Shown here one piece after another: positions 52,652-64,000 of a DNA stretch of 64,000 nt. Made by a program: the position numbers and the translations under genes. The notes below the pieces were generated by a model, which saw only the letters and a list, made by a program, of their open reading frames with translations, was not told where the DNA came from and ran no database searches. The DNA lies in the NCBI GenBank assembly GCA_046563655.1, contig CM102284.1, forward strand, positions 4,030,001 through 4,094,000, read 5' to 3'. The number at the start of each line of letters is the position of its first letter. Position 1 is the stretch's first letter. Source of the DNA: Yuukianura sp. NJ FZ-2021 (taxonomy: Eukaryota).

Positions 52652-55600
52652 TTAACACTCATAAGGCCCAAAGTCATTTCTGGAAGCTCCAATCCATTTC
52701 TTTTCGTAATTCGTGTCTACAATCAGCCCTTGCTCAATCCGGGCGTAGCTTTCTTTTTGCGAGTACGGCGGCCATTTTACTGAGGACGTCATTATAGTGG
52801 GTTCACTGAAAAATTAACTCCGTTTACCACATGTGTTAGAAAACTGTTAAACGAAATGAAAAACAGTTAAAGATCTACCCCGTTTTGGCAAAATTGGACC
52901 AAATCGAAATCATGTTGTTGCTGGTCTCCTCTTCTTCAGCATTAAACTCAAAATTGCCACGATTGAACAGGTAGATTGTGTCATCGGAATGTGCCACTCC
53001 TTTAAAAAAATGTGGGAAATGTCGTAAGGTTAAATGTTTTCATGGTAAGTTAGAAAAACTTCGAAACATTTCGACTTTTTTGTCCGGTCAAAATCAAAAT
53101 TCGACCTTTTGACCTCAAACACTCACCCCCTGGAAACGGTAGTGTTGGATTGTGTCGTGTGTGAGTTCCTTTGAAATCAAAACTGTACAAAAACGTATTG
53201 TTTAAATTGGAGTGAAGTTGAGCCATTTTGAGAGCTGCCTCTTTGAAAAACAAGACTGTACAAATCTAGAAATTGAAAAACCAATACTTTAAAAAACAAT
53301 TCTATAACTATAATTTTTGAAAATATTTTTTGAAAATTCATATTTCATTTACATCCATCAAGCCAGGCAGAGCTTTGAAAAAATCTCCCGACTCACTACA
53401 GTTTTCCAAGTATGCTTTCGTAAAAGACGCCCGAGACTCGTTGTCTCCCGTATGGAAGTCTTGTTTGAAATAAGATTTTTAGAACAAACAGAATTCCAAA
53501 TATTTCTAGAACTTTTTTAAAACATTCGAACTTTTTGAAGTTGTATAACTTACCGACACCGTCCAGGATATAGGGAACAAAGTCTTTGGTTTGAAGCGTT
53601 CCATTTTTCCATAGGTCATTTGGAACTAAATAGGAGTTGTAAATAATTCCAAGCGAAAATTCGCCATCTTGTTTTGTAGCGCCAATCATCAGCGGCACGT
53701 TCATCTGCTCTCTGCGTTTCAAAATATTGGCGGGATAGTCCGGCAGCAATGTGGGAATGACCTTGAGAGAGTCAAACGTTATGGCCGGATTTACTGCACC
53801 AAATCCTTGTTTTCCAGCTTTCCTTTCTTCCGACTAGAAGAAATACTTTGGTTTGTAAATTGTTAGCGTAAGAGAAACAATAAAAATGTCAAAGGTCAAA
53901 GGTCACCTACTTGGAATTTGGTCTGCGCTTTGATGAGCTCCGTGACACTTACGCTTCTTAGGCATCTCATGATTTCAGGAAGTCTGGATTCCAAGTTATT
54001 TTCTAAAGCAGTGCTGTTTGAACATCCCACTAAACCTGCGATGCGTAATGCGTAAGGTCGCGGATTGACTGTTGTACCCCAGCCATTTAAAGCTGTTCCG
54101 CTTAAAGCAATTGCTCTATGAAACAGGCCTTTGGATAGAGGACTCAACATCAAGTGGGTGACTGAAGCGGAGCCTGAACTTTGACCTGAAATTGTGACCA
54201 AGTTGGGGTCACCACCGAAGTAACTAATGTACTTCTGAATCCATTGAAGAACGGTAAGAGCATCGTAGAGCCCGCCATTTCCTGGAGCAATGTCGCTAGC
54301 AAAGCCCAAGTACCCTTAGAAAAAGAAAGTTGGTTGACAAATTTTCAATTTTTTCAATGAATTGGGTTTTTTGAATTCAATTTTCAAAATTTTACCGACA
54401 ACACCAAGTCTGTAATTGAACGAAACTACGACTAGATTTTCGTTCAGTAAACGCTGACCATCATACTCGTTGGCACGTCCAGCAACAAAAGCTTTACATA
54501 TAAATTAAAAAATTAGTGTAAAAAATTGCATTCTTTTTTAAAATTTTGACTTGACCTCTGACCTGCTCCGTGAATGTAGACGATGACAGGAGCCAAAACG
54601 CCTGTATTGGCCGTCGCAGTGGCAATGTTTAAAAATAAACAGTCCTCTGTACCTCCACCCCACTGGGGACATGGATTCCCAAAGTCCGTGGCATTGAACT
54701 CACGTCCACCTTCTGCTAATGGCGATGACCTCAGTTCAGATGGCTTAGAATTATTTATAAAAACCTAAAATTCTTCTTTTCTAAAATCCGTTTCCACTTT
54801 CGGAGTAATTTGATTTTCAAAATACCGAAACTTAAAACTTTTAGCAGAGAATGAAATGATTGTTAGCCCTATGGAGACCTTTGATAATGAAAAGGAGTGT
54901 CAGGGTAGTTCATTTAGCTATGATTTAGCCTTGTGTGACCTTTCACCTTTGACCTACACCGTTGACCTTTCACATTTTTGTTTGAAAAACAGCCAAGATT
55001 TCAAAATTTTATCGTTCGAAAGAGGAGTTTCAGGGTAGTTCATTTAACTATTTACGTTTGTGAACAATCCGATCAATCTAGTTATAATTAAACCATGAAA
55101 AAAACCTCAAAGTCGGATAATGAGAGCGATAGTTCCACAGACGAGGACTATGCCCTCTCAATTTTGCTTATTAGAAATACGGAAAATAAATAATATACAC
55201 AGAACGGTTAAATTGATGGATACATGTCGAGGTGGTTGAGTTCCTTCAACCTAAGCAGTTTCTAAGGGCGACACTCGAAAAATTAATATCAACAACTGCA
55301 CAGTAAAAAAAAATGAACTATAAATAACTTAAGTTAATTAACCGTAACTTATATTTACATTAGTTTTATTCTTACAAGGTCAAAGACCTTTTGACCTCTC
55401 TCTTGGATTAATCGGATACTTACCATGAAGCGCCTTTCTCCAACTGGACTGTGGGCATAAGGAATTCCGTTGAACTGGACAAAAGGGCATCCGCCATTTT
55501 TCGTTTTTGTTAAAAAACCGCGGACTTTTCCTAATTCACCGGCAGTTACCAATGTGCTGTCTATTTCGCGTTGGCGCTCTGCACAAAATATGGAGTGAAA

Positions 55601-55663
55601 TGGACTTCCAATTGCTTGACCAACAATTACAAAAACGACGCAGATACAAAGAAGTCCTTCCAT
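52652..55663 (-). CDS. Secreted carboxyl/cholinesterase (type-B carboxylesterase)
   Basis: Signal peptide; FNGIPYAHSPVGERRF; EDCLFLN; NYRLGV.GY; FGGDPNLVTISGQSSGSAS; GATKQDG; GVAHSDD; WSNFAK. Confidence 0.93.
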
Positions 55664-56583
55664 CTTCGGTTTAATTTTTGTAGAAAAAGTTTAAAAAAAC
55701 AAAACAAGCCTGGCTAAAACGCTCTGTTAGCAAGTTCACAACTCCGTTGCGAGTGCGACCGCTGCGCTGCTGCAAAAATGTCAGCGGCAGGATTGGACCA
55801 ATGTTTTACGGAGGATCTGGATTGATAAATGCCTGGAAGTGGGACATAATTATTGAAGATTTAAGTGGATTAGCTGTGAGCGACGTTTACAAGGTTTCTA
55901 TTAGCAGCTGTCAATTGTATACAAGTGTTAAGAATATACTTAATAATACTAACTAAATAGTACACTAAACTAGCACAGAATTAATTATCCTTGACATGGA
56001 AAAACCGAATACGTACTCAACAAAATATTGTCATTTTTACAGGCTATCATCTTGTAGAGGTATGAGAAGTGAAGCAAGTTTGTAAGTAACCTACTGCCAC
56101 AAAGCCACTGCACTAATTGTTGTATTTCTTAAAATTGAATGATAATTAGTGTGCAATTCATAAAATAAACTTTAGATTGTTACTTACAATTTACTAACAA
56201 CTAAAGCAACAATATTAACTTATAGTTAGTCCTAATGCTGCGCCGACGATTGTAATTTGTAATTCATCACATGGTTTTCCACTTTAATGGAGGATATGTA
56301 ATGAATATGTAAAACATTGTGAGCTTGAAGGTCAAGGTCAAGAGGTCATTGACATTTCTTGAATGAGGAAAAAGCAATTGCCGCTTTTCTGAATAGTCCG
56401 TCGATTCCGTGGAATCGTCAGACCCTGAAACTGCCTTGTGGCATGTGTTTTTTATCTTTTTTTTTTACTGATTGGAAGAGGACGTTGATTCTGCTAAAGT
56501 TGTGTTTTTAATTCACTAGGAGTAATTAATTGAAACTTAAGCTGAACAGGTGAAATCAATCTTTGTGTTCAATTAATTTCGTA

Positions 56584-58239
56584 ATGGATTCAAGCGAAAA
56601 CAATATCTGCATAACACCGTCGTGCAATTTACCGGCTAAATTGCAATGTCCGACTTGTATCAAACTGAATATCGAGGGATCTTACTTTTGTTCTCAGGTA
56701 GCTGATGATTGCTGTGTGCTAATTGAGTCTTAATTAATCTATAATTATGTGATCGCCTCACTGACTGCATGTCATTAATCGTTTTACAGGAATGCTTCAC
56801 CAGCAACTGGCGTGCTCACAAAGCAATTCACAAATCGACAACTGGAGCTTCCAGTAAATACGATGCTACAAAACTTACATAACTTTGTTACATTTCTAAA
56901 CAACACGACAATTCAACTTTGATTGGTTAATTATTAATTTATATTGTTTCATTTAGAAGATGAGGTTAAGACCAGCAAAACAAGTCAGGAAAGTTACAAC
57001 CCGTGGCCAGGATACCGTTTCACTGGTAAACTCCGAGCTTTTCCTGTCACCCCAACCCGAACTGTGCCTGACACAATTCAGCGTCCAGACTACGCTACCA
57101 ATGCTGAAGGACGGCCTATTAGCGAGCTTGCCCTGCGGGGTACTTCCGTTGTGAAAGTCCTTACGGAAGAAGAGATGGAAGGCATGAGGATTGCCTGCAA
57201 GGTATTTTAAATCAAACTTATCTTGATGTTTGTTTGTCACTCGTCATTGTCACTTTCTTTATTAAGCTTGGTCGAGAAGTCTTAGATGAAGCAGCAAAGG
57301 TAATTGGTGTTGGTGTGACTACAGAAGAAATTGATCGGGTGGTCCACGAAGCTTGCATTGACCGAGAGTGCTATCCTTCGCCCCTCAACTACTACAAGTT
57401 TCCAAAGTCTTGCTGCACATCGGTCAACGAGGTAATCTGCCACGGAATTCCAGATCGACGACCTCTTGCCGACGGCGACATTTGTAACGGTATGTGACCT
57501 GTTAGGTAGTCTTATTTTGCTCCTGCAAGTTCTAATCCATTGTCTGTTTCATGTTCAGTCGACATCACGGTGTACCATCGAGGATTTCATGGTGATCTAA
57601 ATGAAACATTTTTAGTGGGAAATGTATCTCCTGACGCTAAGAAGCTTGTCAAGAATACTTGGGAGTGTTTGCAGAAATCGATTGAGATGGGTATGTGCAA
57701 ATCAATTTTTTAGTTGCAATTGACGTTAAGATGTTATGTTAAAACAATTTTTCTTGCTTCTAGTGAAACCGGGAGTACGATACCGGGATATTGGGACTGT
57801 AATTCAAAAGCATGCTCAGAGTGATGGGTTCTCAGTTGTCCGTAGCTACTGCGGACATGGGATCCATCGTCTATTTCATACTGCCCCGAGCATACCTCAT
57901 TACGCAAGTGAGTCAAAAACTGAATCAATTCCTGGCTGCTTCATCTTTAAATTGAGCAGTACTGCTTTGGTTTTTACGTTCGAATTTACTTACTGTTATA
58001 ATTTTGTTTCAGAGAACAAAGCCGTTGGAGTAATGAAGCCTGGCCATACGTTTACAATTGAACCGATGATTTCCGAAGGGACCTGGAGAGATGAACAGTG
58101 GCCTGATGAATGGACTGCAGTGACTCAAGACGGGAAGCTGTCGGCTCAATTTGAAGAAACGCTGCTTGTGACGGATACTGGAGTGGAAGTATTGACGCGC
58201 CGTCGGGAGAAGAACGGCCAACCGTACTTCATGGATTAA
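56584..58239 (+). CDS. METAP1: Methionine aminopeptidase 1
   Basis: N-terminal zinc finger [92 protein letters not shown]. Confidence 0.97.
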
Positions 58240-58499
58240 TTGGAAGATATTTTTTAAATTGGAATTGATTTTGAATTTATTATACAAATCTACCCTGATG
58301 ACCAAGTGTTTCTTATAAATCAATTAACAGGAATTTCATGAGTATCTTTTATTTTAAGTTGAATTGACATCCATAGATGACAAAAGCAAAGAAGGAGATG
58401 GTTAATTCCTTAATTCCAGTATTAGGAGCTGCAGTTACAATAAGTAAGTATGAAATTCGATATTATTAATAGTTAGAAATGGTTAGTTGAACTGCAAGT

Positions 58500-59115
58500 T
58501 CACGCAGGAGTTGATTTCTTCTTGGATGCTACTAATTCTCGTAGTTGATTTTCTGTACTCTTCAGATCGTTGATTACAAACTCCTTGTTTTGCTACAAAA
58601 CAAAGATAATTTTAGTAAACACAAACATCGGGTTCGGATTTATGAAAGAATTGTTAATAACCAATTACCTCTAATTTCTTAACTTTGTCTTCCAATTCAG
58701 TGATTGACTTGGTAATTCCTTGCCGAATTTCGGGAATGGTGGATGCTATGAAACATCTACCAACGCCCTGGTAAACTTTGGTTTCCCCCGGAAGCGTTTG
58801 CAGTTCCTTGTCCGTAATCTGCTTGTGAAGAATTGTTCGTTTGATACCATCGGCTTGGCTATTTACAAATTGCAGTTTTTGTGATGAATCAATCCGTTTC
58901 TGTTGTAATTCAGCGAATGCCTATGGAAAACAACCAAGCAAAAAAAACCGATTAAAAAGTGGGAATTCTTGTTATGGATGATCATTTATCAAGTTGAACA
59001 GTTGAAGTATCCAAAAAAAACGAATTTTGAAGAAGTACTAAGACTAAAACAGTAAGCGAATGATTTGATTTACCTTTTTCAGTTCTAAGTCAACGGGTAT
59101 CTTCTCCGACGCCAT
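58500..59115 (-). CDS. PFDN1: Prefoldin subunit 1
   Basis: Three exons give MASEKIPVDLELKKAFAELQQKRIDSSQKL..ITDKELQTLPGETKVYQGVGRCFI..ENQLRELVASKKKSTPA*; not in the ORF track. Confidence 0.9.
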
Positions 59116-59711
59116 TGGTATACTGAAATGGTTTAACAATTAACAGCAATTAAATGTCCGGAGCAATTAGAATTTAGTTTTATGTAAAAATTAATGTACG
59201 AAATGAAAATGAACCGACACCTTCCTCACTGCACATGGGAGAAACCACCACCAAGACCGACGGGGATCGACCAAACCAACTGGCCGACCCCTTGGCTTTC
59301 CTATGCCACTTCCTTCAAGTTTATATCTTTCCTTGCCAAATTCCATTTTTACATGAGAAGGGATTTTGATTTTGTATTCCACTGCTGTTCATTTCGTTTT
59401 CCTCGTTGAAATTTAACTGGTCTTTACTAATTTACATTAATTGAAGTAAGAACTCTGTTATTTCAGGACTCTATTGGTGTACAGCGGCAGCGGGGAACGT
59501 GATCGCTAGTTCTACATAAACGCCCGGGTCACTCATATTTCGTCAATCTCAATAACAGCGCTGTCAAATTGGAAAGGTGAAGATACCACAGGTACTTCTT
59601 AACTTGAACAGCTGATTTGAGGACTCGATATCGTATCGTGAATATCATATTTGGTTATTGAACCGTTTAGTAACGTAATTGATTCTTTTTCTGTGGTTTT
59701 AAGAATTAAAG
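59116..59711. promoter_or_regulatory. Probable bidirectional promoter PFDN1/SF1
   Basis: Head-to-head start codons about 600 bp apart, with SF1 5'UTR splice signals in between. Confidence 0.5.
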
Positions 59712-62700
59712 ATGGAAAAGAAGGAAAGAATGATGGACGCAAATAAAACACCCCTGGGCAAGCCGCCACCTTCGTACCCGAAGCCTCCCAGTACATCTTC
59801 GTTATTGAAGCCATCATACCTCTCTGGTGACGGATATGAAACCAAGCCTGTCGTTACTAGTTTGTATCAACAGTACGCGCAGTACCAAATGTCGCCGACT
59901 CCAATTGCAGTACCACAGCCGTCACCATATGTCCCTCCACAACCTCCAAAGTTTTCTCACTACGAGTATGAAAGCTATGAGCCACCCACACAGCCGACTC
60001 AGCCCGCACTCACTTTCTCGGGTCAATTTGGGATGGTTGGCAACAACACTTCAAATAAAATTGTTCCGGCTAACTACTCAAAGTGGGACAATCCGTATCC
60101 CGTGAAGCGAGAGAACGACGGTAAGATTGAATTTATTGTTGCGGTTGGTTAGCAGAACATAGTTTATTATCTAGCAATAAGGAATAACTTATTTGAAACA
60201 ACATTTTAGATAGCAACGAGGGCGAAGGTGACGGACGAAGTCGGAAACGAAAGCGACGAACTCGTTGGATGGGAAATGAAAATGAAAAAGCGGTTATTCC
60301 TGGCATGCCGACGATTCTTCCGACTGGAATGACGCCACAACAGGCCGAAGCTTATATATGTAAGCATCTCCGCTTTGTTTTCTACTAACTTTACGTTAAA
60401 AACACGTTAATATTTTGCAATTTATATTTAGACGAGATCAAGAGAACAATAATCCCAAAAAATTGATTATTCCAGTCCCTTTAATCACAGATAAATAGAG
60501 TGAATGCAGATCTAATAATTTTGTTCCAGGACAATCTAACCAAAAAACAAAACCTTAATCGCTTATTTCCGATTTCACAGTTTTAGATCGACGATTTACT
60601 CCAGGTGATTCCACCTGCCCTGCACTTTTAATTTTTTTACAAGGTGAAATTTTCAGGAAAGCCGGAGATCACTTAATTAACCGCACTGCGTCGAACGTTT
60701 TTGGCCCTCCAGTAGACGAACGAGTACTTTTGGGCTAACGAATTTCTTGAAACCATAAAGTCGGAACAGTACAAATGGGCTACTCACTGTTGTCACTGTA
60801 GAGAGAGACGTTATACAAGAAGGTATTACGGAAAACGGCGACGTCTCTCTCACGAAGACCTTTCCGAGAGTTTCCGATAGCCCATTTGTACTCCACTCGA
60901 CCCACAAATTTTGAGCACTGGACAATATTCGTAATTTTGCGGTAATTTCGATTTTCTTTTTAAATAATGGCTGCTCCATCTACAGAATCCTATAGCCGAA
61001 TGCATTCGAAACCCTTTGGTCCAAGCATTCCTAAAATTTTACCTAGATGGCTACTCCGGTTTGGTTTTAATAGCAATTCTAAGCTCAGAAAGTACAATTG
61101 GGCTGTCACGGCTCAGTGCGGTTAATATATTCTAATCAAACTTTCTTTTTTATAAACCCTAGTTATACTTTGAGGGGCTGGAATTTTTTTATTTTTAGCC
61201 CAGGAAGCATCTCGTGGAATAATCAATGTTGACATAATAATCAATTTTAGCATAATTGGGATTTTTAGTGTTTAGCTGTGCAGTTTTTTTAACTTAAAAG
61301 TATCTGACATGTGACAAATTTACTCAAAATTGGGAATGGGGTGTTTGTTTCTTTCAAACTCCCCATTCTTTTAACTCATTGTTTCAGCTCAACTCCAAAT
61401 TGAAGAATTGTCCCGGAAACTTCGTACTGGCGACTTGGGAATTCCTCCAAATGTGGAAGACAGGTCCGAATATCCTAACGTTAAAGCATCAGCTTCGGCT
61501 GGGCTTTGGATGCACTTTTTATATCGATTCTCCTGTGGTTTGGTCTACGTTTTCAAAGAAGCAAGCGGTTCATCCGTTTCGTTTCGTTGAAATCATTGAT
61601 GTCATTGGATTTAGTAGTACAAACATGGAGATTATTGCAGTTTTAATTAAATGTTTCTATTAATGTGTCAACTAATTGTACTTTATAATGTTATAGCGTT
61701 TGAAGCAAGAAAATCTCCATGGTTGGTTTTGTGTTTTTTGTTTTAGATCGCCATCTCCTGAACCGATTTATGGAACGGATGGAAAGAGGCTGAATACTCG
61801 AGACTACAGGACCAGAAAGAAGTTGGAAGAGGAAAGACATCGCTTGATCCAGAAATTACTCAAGTTGAATCCGGACTATAAAGCACCGGCTGACTACAGG
61901 TAAATTACTTTGCATCGTTTTTTAGTCGAATTCATCTCACTTTGGTTACTAATGTCTTTGCATTTGTTTGTAGGGCTCCTGTTGTCAAGATTGTGGATCG
62001 TGTTTCGATTCCACAAGAGGAACATCCTGAAATCAACTTCGTTGGGCTCCTCATTGGGCCAAGAGGAAATACACTCAAAGGACTTGAAAAAGACACTGGA
62101 GCCAAAATTATAATTCGTGGAAAAGGATCGGTCAAGGAGGGAAAAGTTGGTGGTAAGTTCCAAGGTGATGTTTAGGATCTAACGGAAACGTTTATAGTTT
62201 GTCAATTATTGTTTTCAGGCAAAGCTGGACTTCCTTTACCCGGAGAAGATGAGCCGCTACATGCTTATGTCACGAGCAACAACCCGGATTCAGTCAAGAA
62301 AGCTTGTGACAAGATCAAGGACATCATCAAGCAAGGAATCGAGATGCCGGAGTCTCAAAATGATTTGCGTAAAAACCAACTTCGAGAATTGGCGCTTCTC
62401 AATGGAACGTTGCGTGAAGGCGAAGGTCCGAAGTGTAGCAACTGTGGAGCTACTTCGCATCGAACTTGGAACTGTCCCGATAAGCCCAATGTGACAAACA
62501 GTGTCATTTGTACTGTCTGTGGCGGAGCTGGACACATTGCAAAGGATTGCAAGTACGTACTTTCACTATATTCTACTCTACAGATTTTTGAAACAGAATC
62601 ATATGGTTGTTTTTTTTTTTTTAGAATGAAACGTCCTGGACAGGGAGGCCCACCTACGATAAATCCGAATGAACGAGCAAAAATTGACGAGGAGTACAAT

Positions 62701-63320
62701 TCGCTGATGGCGGAGCTAGGAGAAGGAAGTGCTGGAAAAGATGGAGCACAGCCACGCAGCATCAGTAGCGGAGGAGGTACATACCGCCCGTCAACAAACA
62801 TATTTCAGCGCCCACAAGCTCCAAGAGCTATCATGTCTGGTGTTCCACCGCCACAGAATAACATGAGTGCGGCTACTTCCGCTTTACAACAAAGTAAGTG
62901 CAGGCAGGCACATTTTTATAAATATTTGAATATTAGTTAATCAAATCGTTAACTAAATCGTTGAATCTTACTATGTACTTTATTTTAGGTTGGAGTAATC
63001 ATTCATATCATCTTGCGCAACAGCAACCTCCTCCTCCACCACCTCCCGGAGTGCAATCCGTTATGCCACCTCCACCACCATCGCAAGGTTACATGACGCA
63101 GAGTAAGGAACTGTCAACGAATGTTTTCTTTTTCTAAACTTTTCTGACTCACAGAAATCCACATTATCTTAATTATGCTTTGTTTTCAGGCTGGAATGCA
63201 CAACCGCCACCACCAGGAATGTACTGGCAAACTCCTGCAGACATGTATCAACATCATTGGCAACCACCTCCACCTCCTCCAGGTTCGGACAACAATCCGC
63301 CGCCACCACCACCAGTTTGA
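59712..63320 (+). CDS. SF1: Splicing factor 1 / branchpoint-binding protein
   Basis: [33 protein letters not shown]2 [29 protein letters not shown]; two CCHC zinc knuckles; Pro-rich tail. Confidence 0.96.
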
Positions 63321-64000
63321 GCAGAATGGCGAGACTACACATCTAACCGCTAGTTAAGAAGTTGAGTAACTATAGATGATAGAAGCTAAAAATTTTAGTT
63401 AACAGGGTTTCTGGAATTCGAGTTCACACCAAGCGCCGCCATAAGGTCATTCTACAGACACGGCGCTGTTGTAATTTATTCATTTCTAAAACTAAAAGTA
63501 GATACTACTGAAAATTAGTTTTTAAGAAATGCTTTTATTGTAAAAACTTATTTTGGTTTATTAGTCAAAAATGCTTACATGCGGGCCCTTCGGTGCAATT
63601 CTATCTGCAAGGATGTGTATAAACACTCATCAACTCGTGAAGTGTTTTCAAACGACTTCAAAGAATTGCTTTCAAAGGAAAATGTAGGATTTTTAGAAAG
63701 TTACTGGACTAGCAACCAAATGATGTTACTGCGCCAAACTTTTTGTTAACATTGTGCATAGGGGTCCGCTGCTCTGTAGGCTAAATATTCAATTACTAAT
63801 TGGTTGACTGTTGATTAAAACTTTAGTTACGATGCTAGATTTCATGAAACTATTTTTAGCAGTTATTCATTCAGTAGCTCCAGCAGAAAAATTATGAGTG
63901 ACATGTTTACTACTTGGGCTGAATCCATCCAGCATTCGACGTCTTCCTGCCACTGGAGAATCCTGAGTCGTTGACGCCTGCGCAAACAACAAAGAAGCTT

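Noticed and set aside
60677-60979. 100-aa antisense ORF in the SF1 long intron
   Set aside because: No recognisable domain or supporting exon structure; cannot be supported as a gene
62355-62801. 148-aa minus-strand ORF, and similar antisense ORFs at 39662-40027, 45486-45866, 46870-47208
   Set aside because: Antisense to well-supported exons, no recognisable domain

Overview
Eukaryotic (arthropod-like; springtail-type is only a guess) AT-rich, gene-dense window with mostly 55-90 nt GT-AG introns, so the ORF track shows only exon fragments. I assembled 19 spliced protein genes by eye: ODR-4, a small zinc-finger gene, an Amt ammonium transporter, DDX24, a DUF427 protein, SRSF2, Sec24A/B, SMSr/SAMD8, BicD, a SmydA-like SET/MYND protein, COG5, MetAP2, SNAPC4, GLRX3, an aldo-keto reductase, a carboxylesterase, MetAP1, PFDN1 and SF1. 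Highlights: (1) an intron-containing, bacterial/fungal-type DUF427 gene that the ORF track misses (candidate domesticated horizontal transfer); (2) many tandem AGGTCA (nuclear-receptor DR0/DR1/DR2-type) elements around Amt, AKR and carboxylesterase, none noticed in the housekeeping block; (3) a 758-bp spacer-less foldback element with TA flanks just upstream of GLRX3; (4) apparent autoregulatory non-coding modules in SF1 and SRSF2; (5) probable pseudo-enzymes (AKR, SmydA) and an Amt with a substituted conserved Asn. Gene boundaries and family calls come from reading the sequence, not from database searches.
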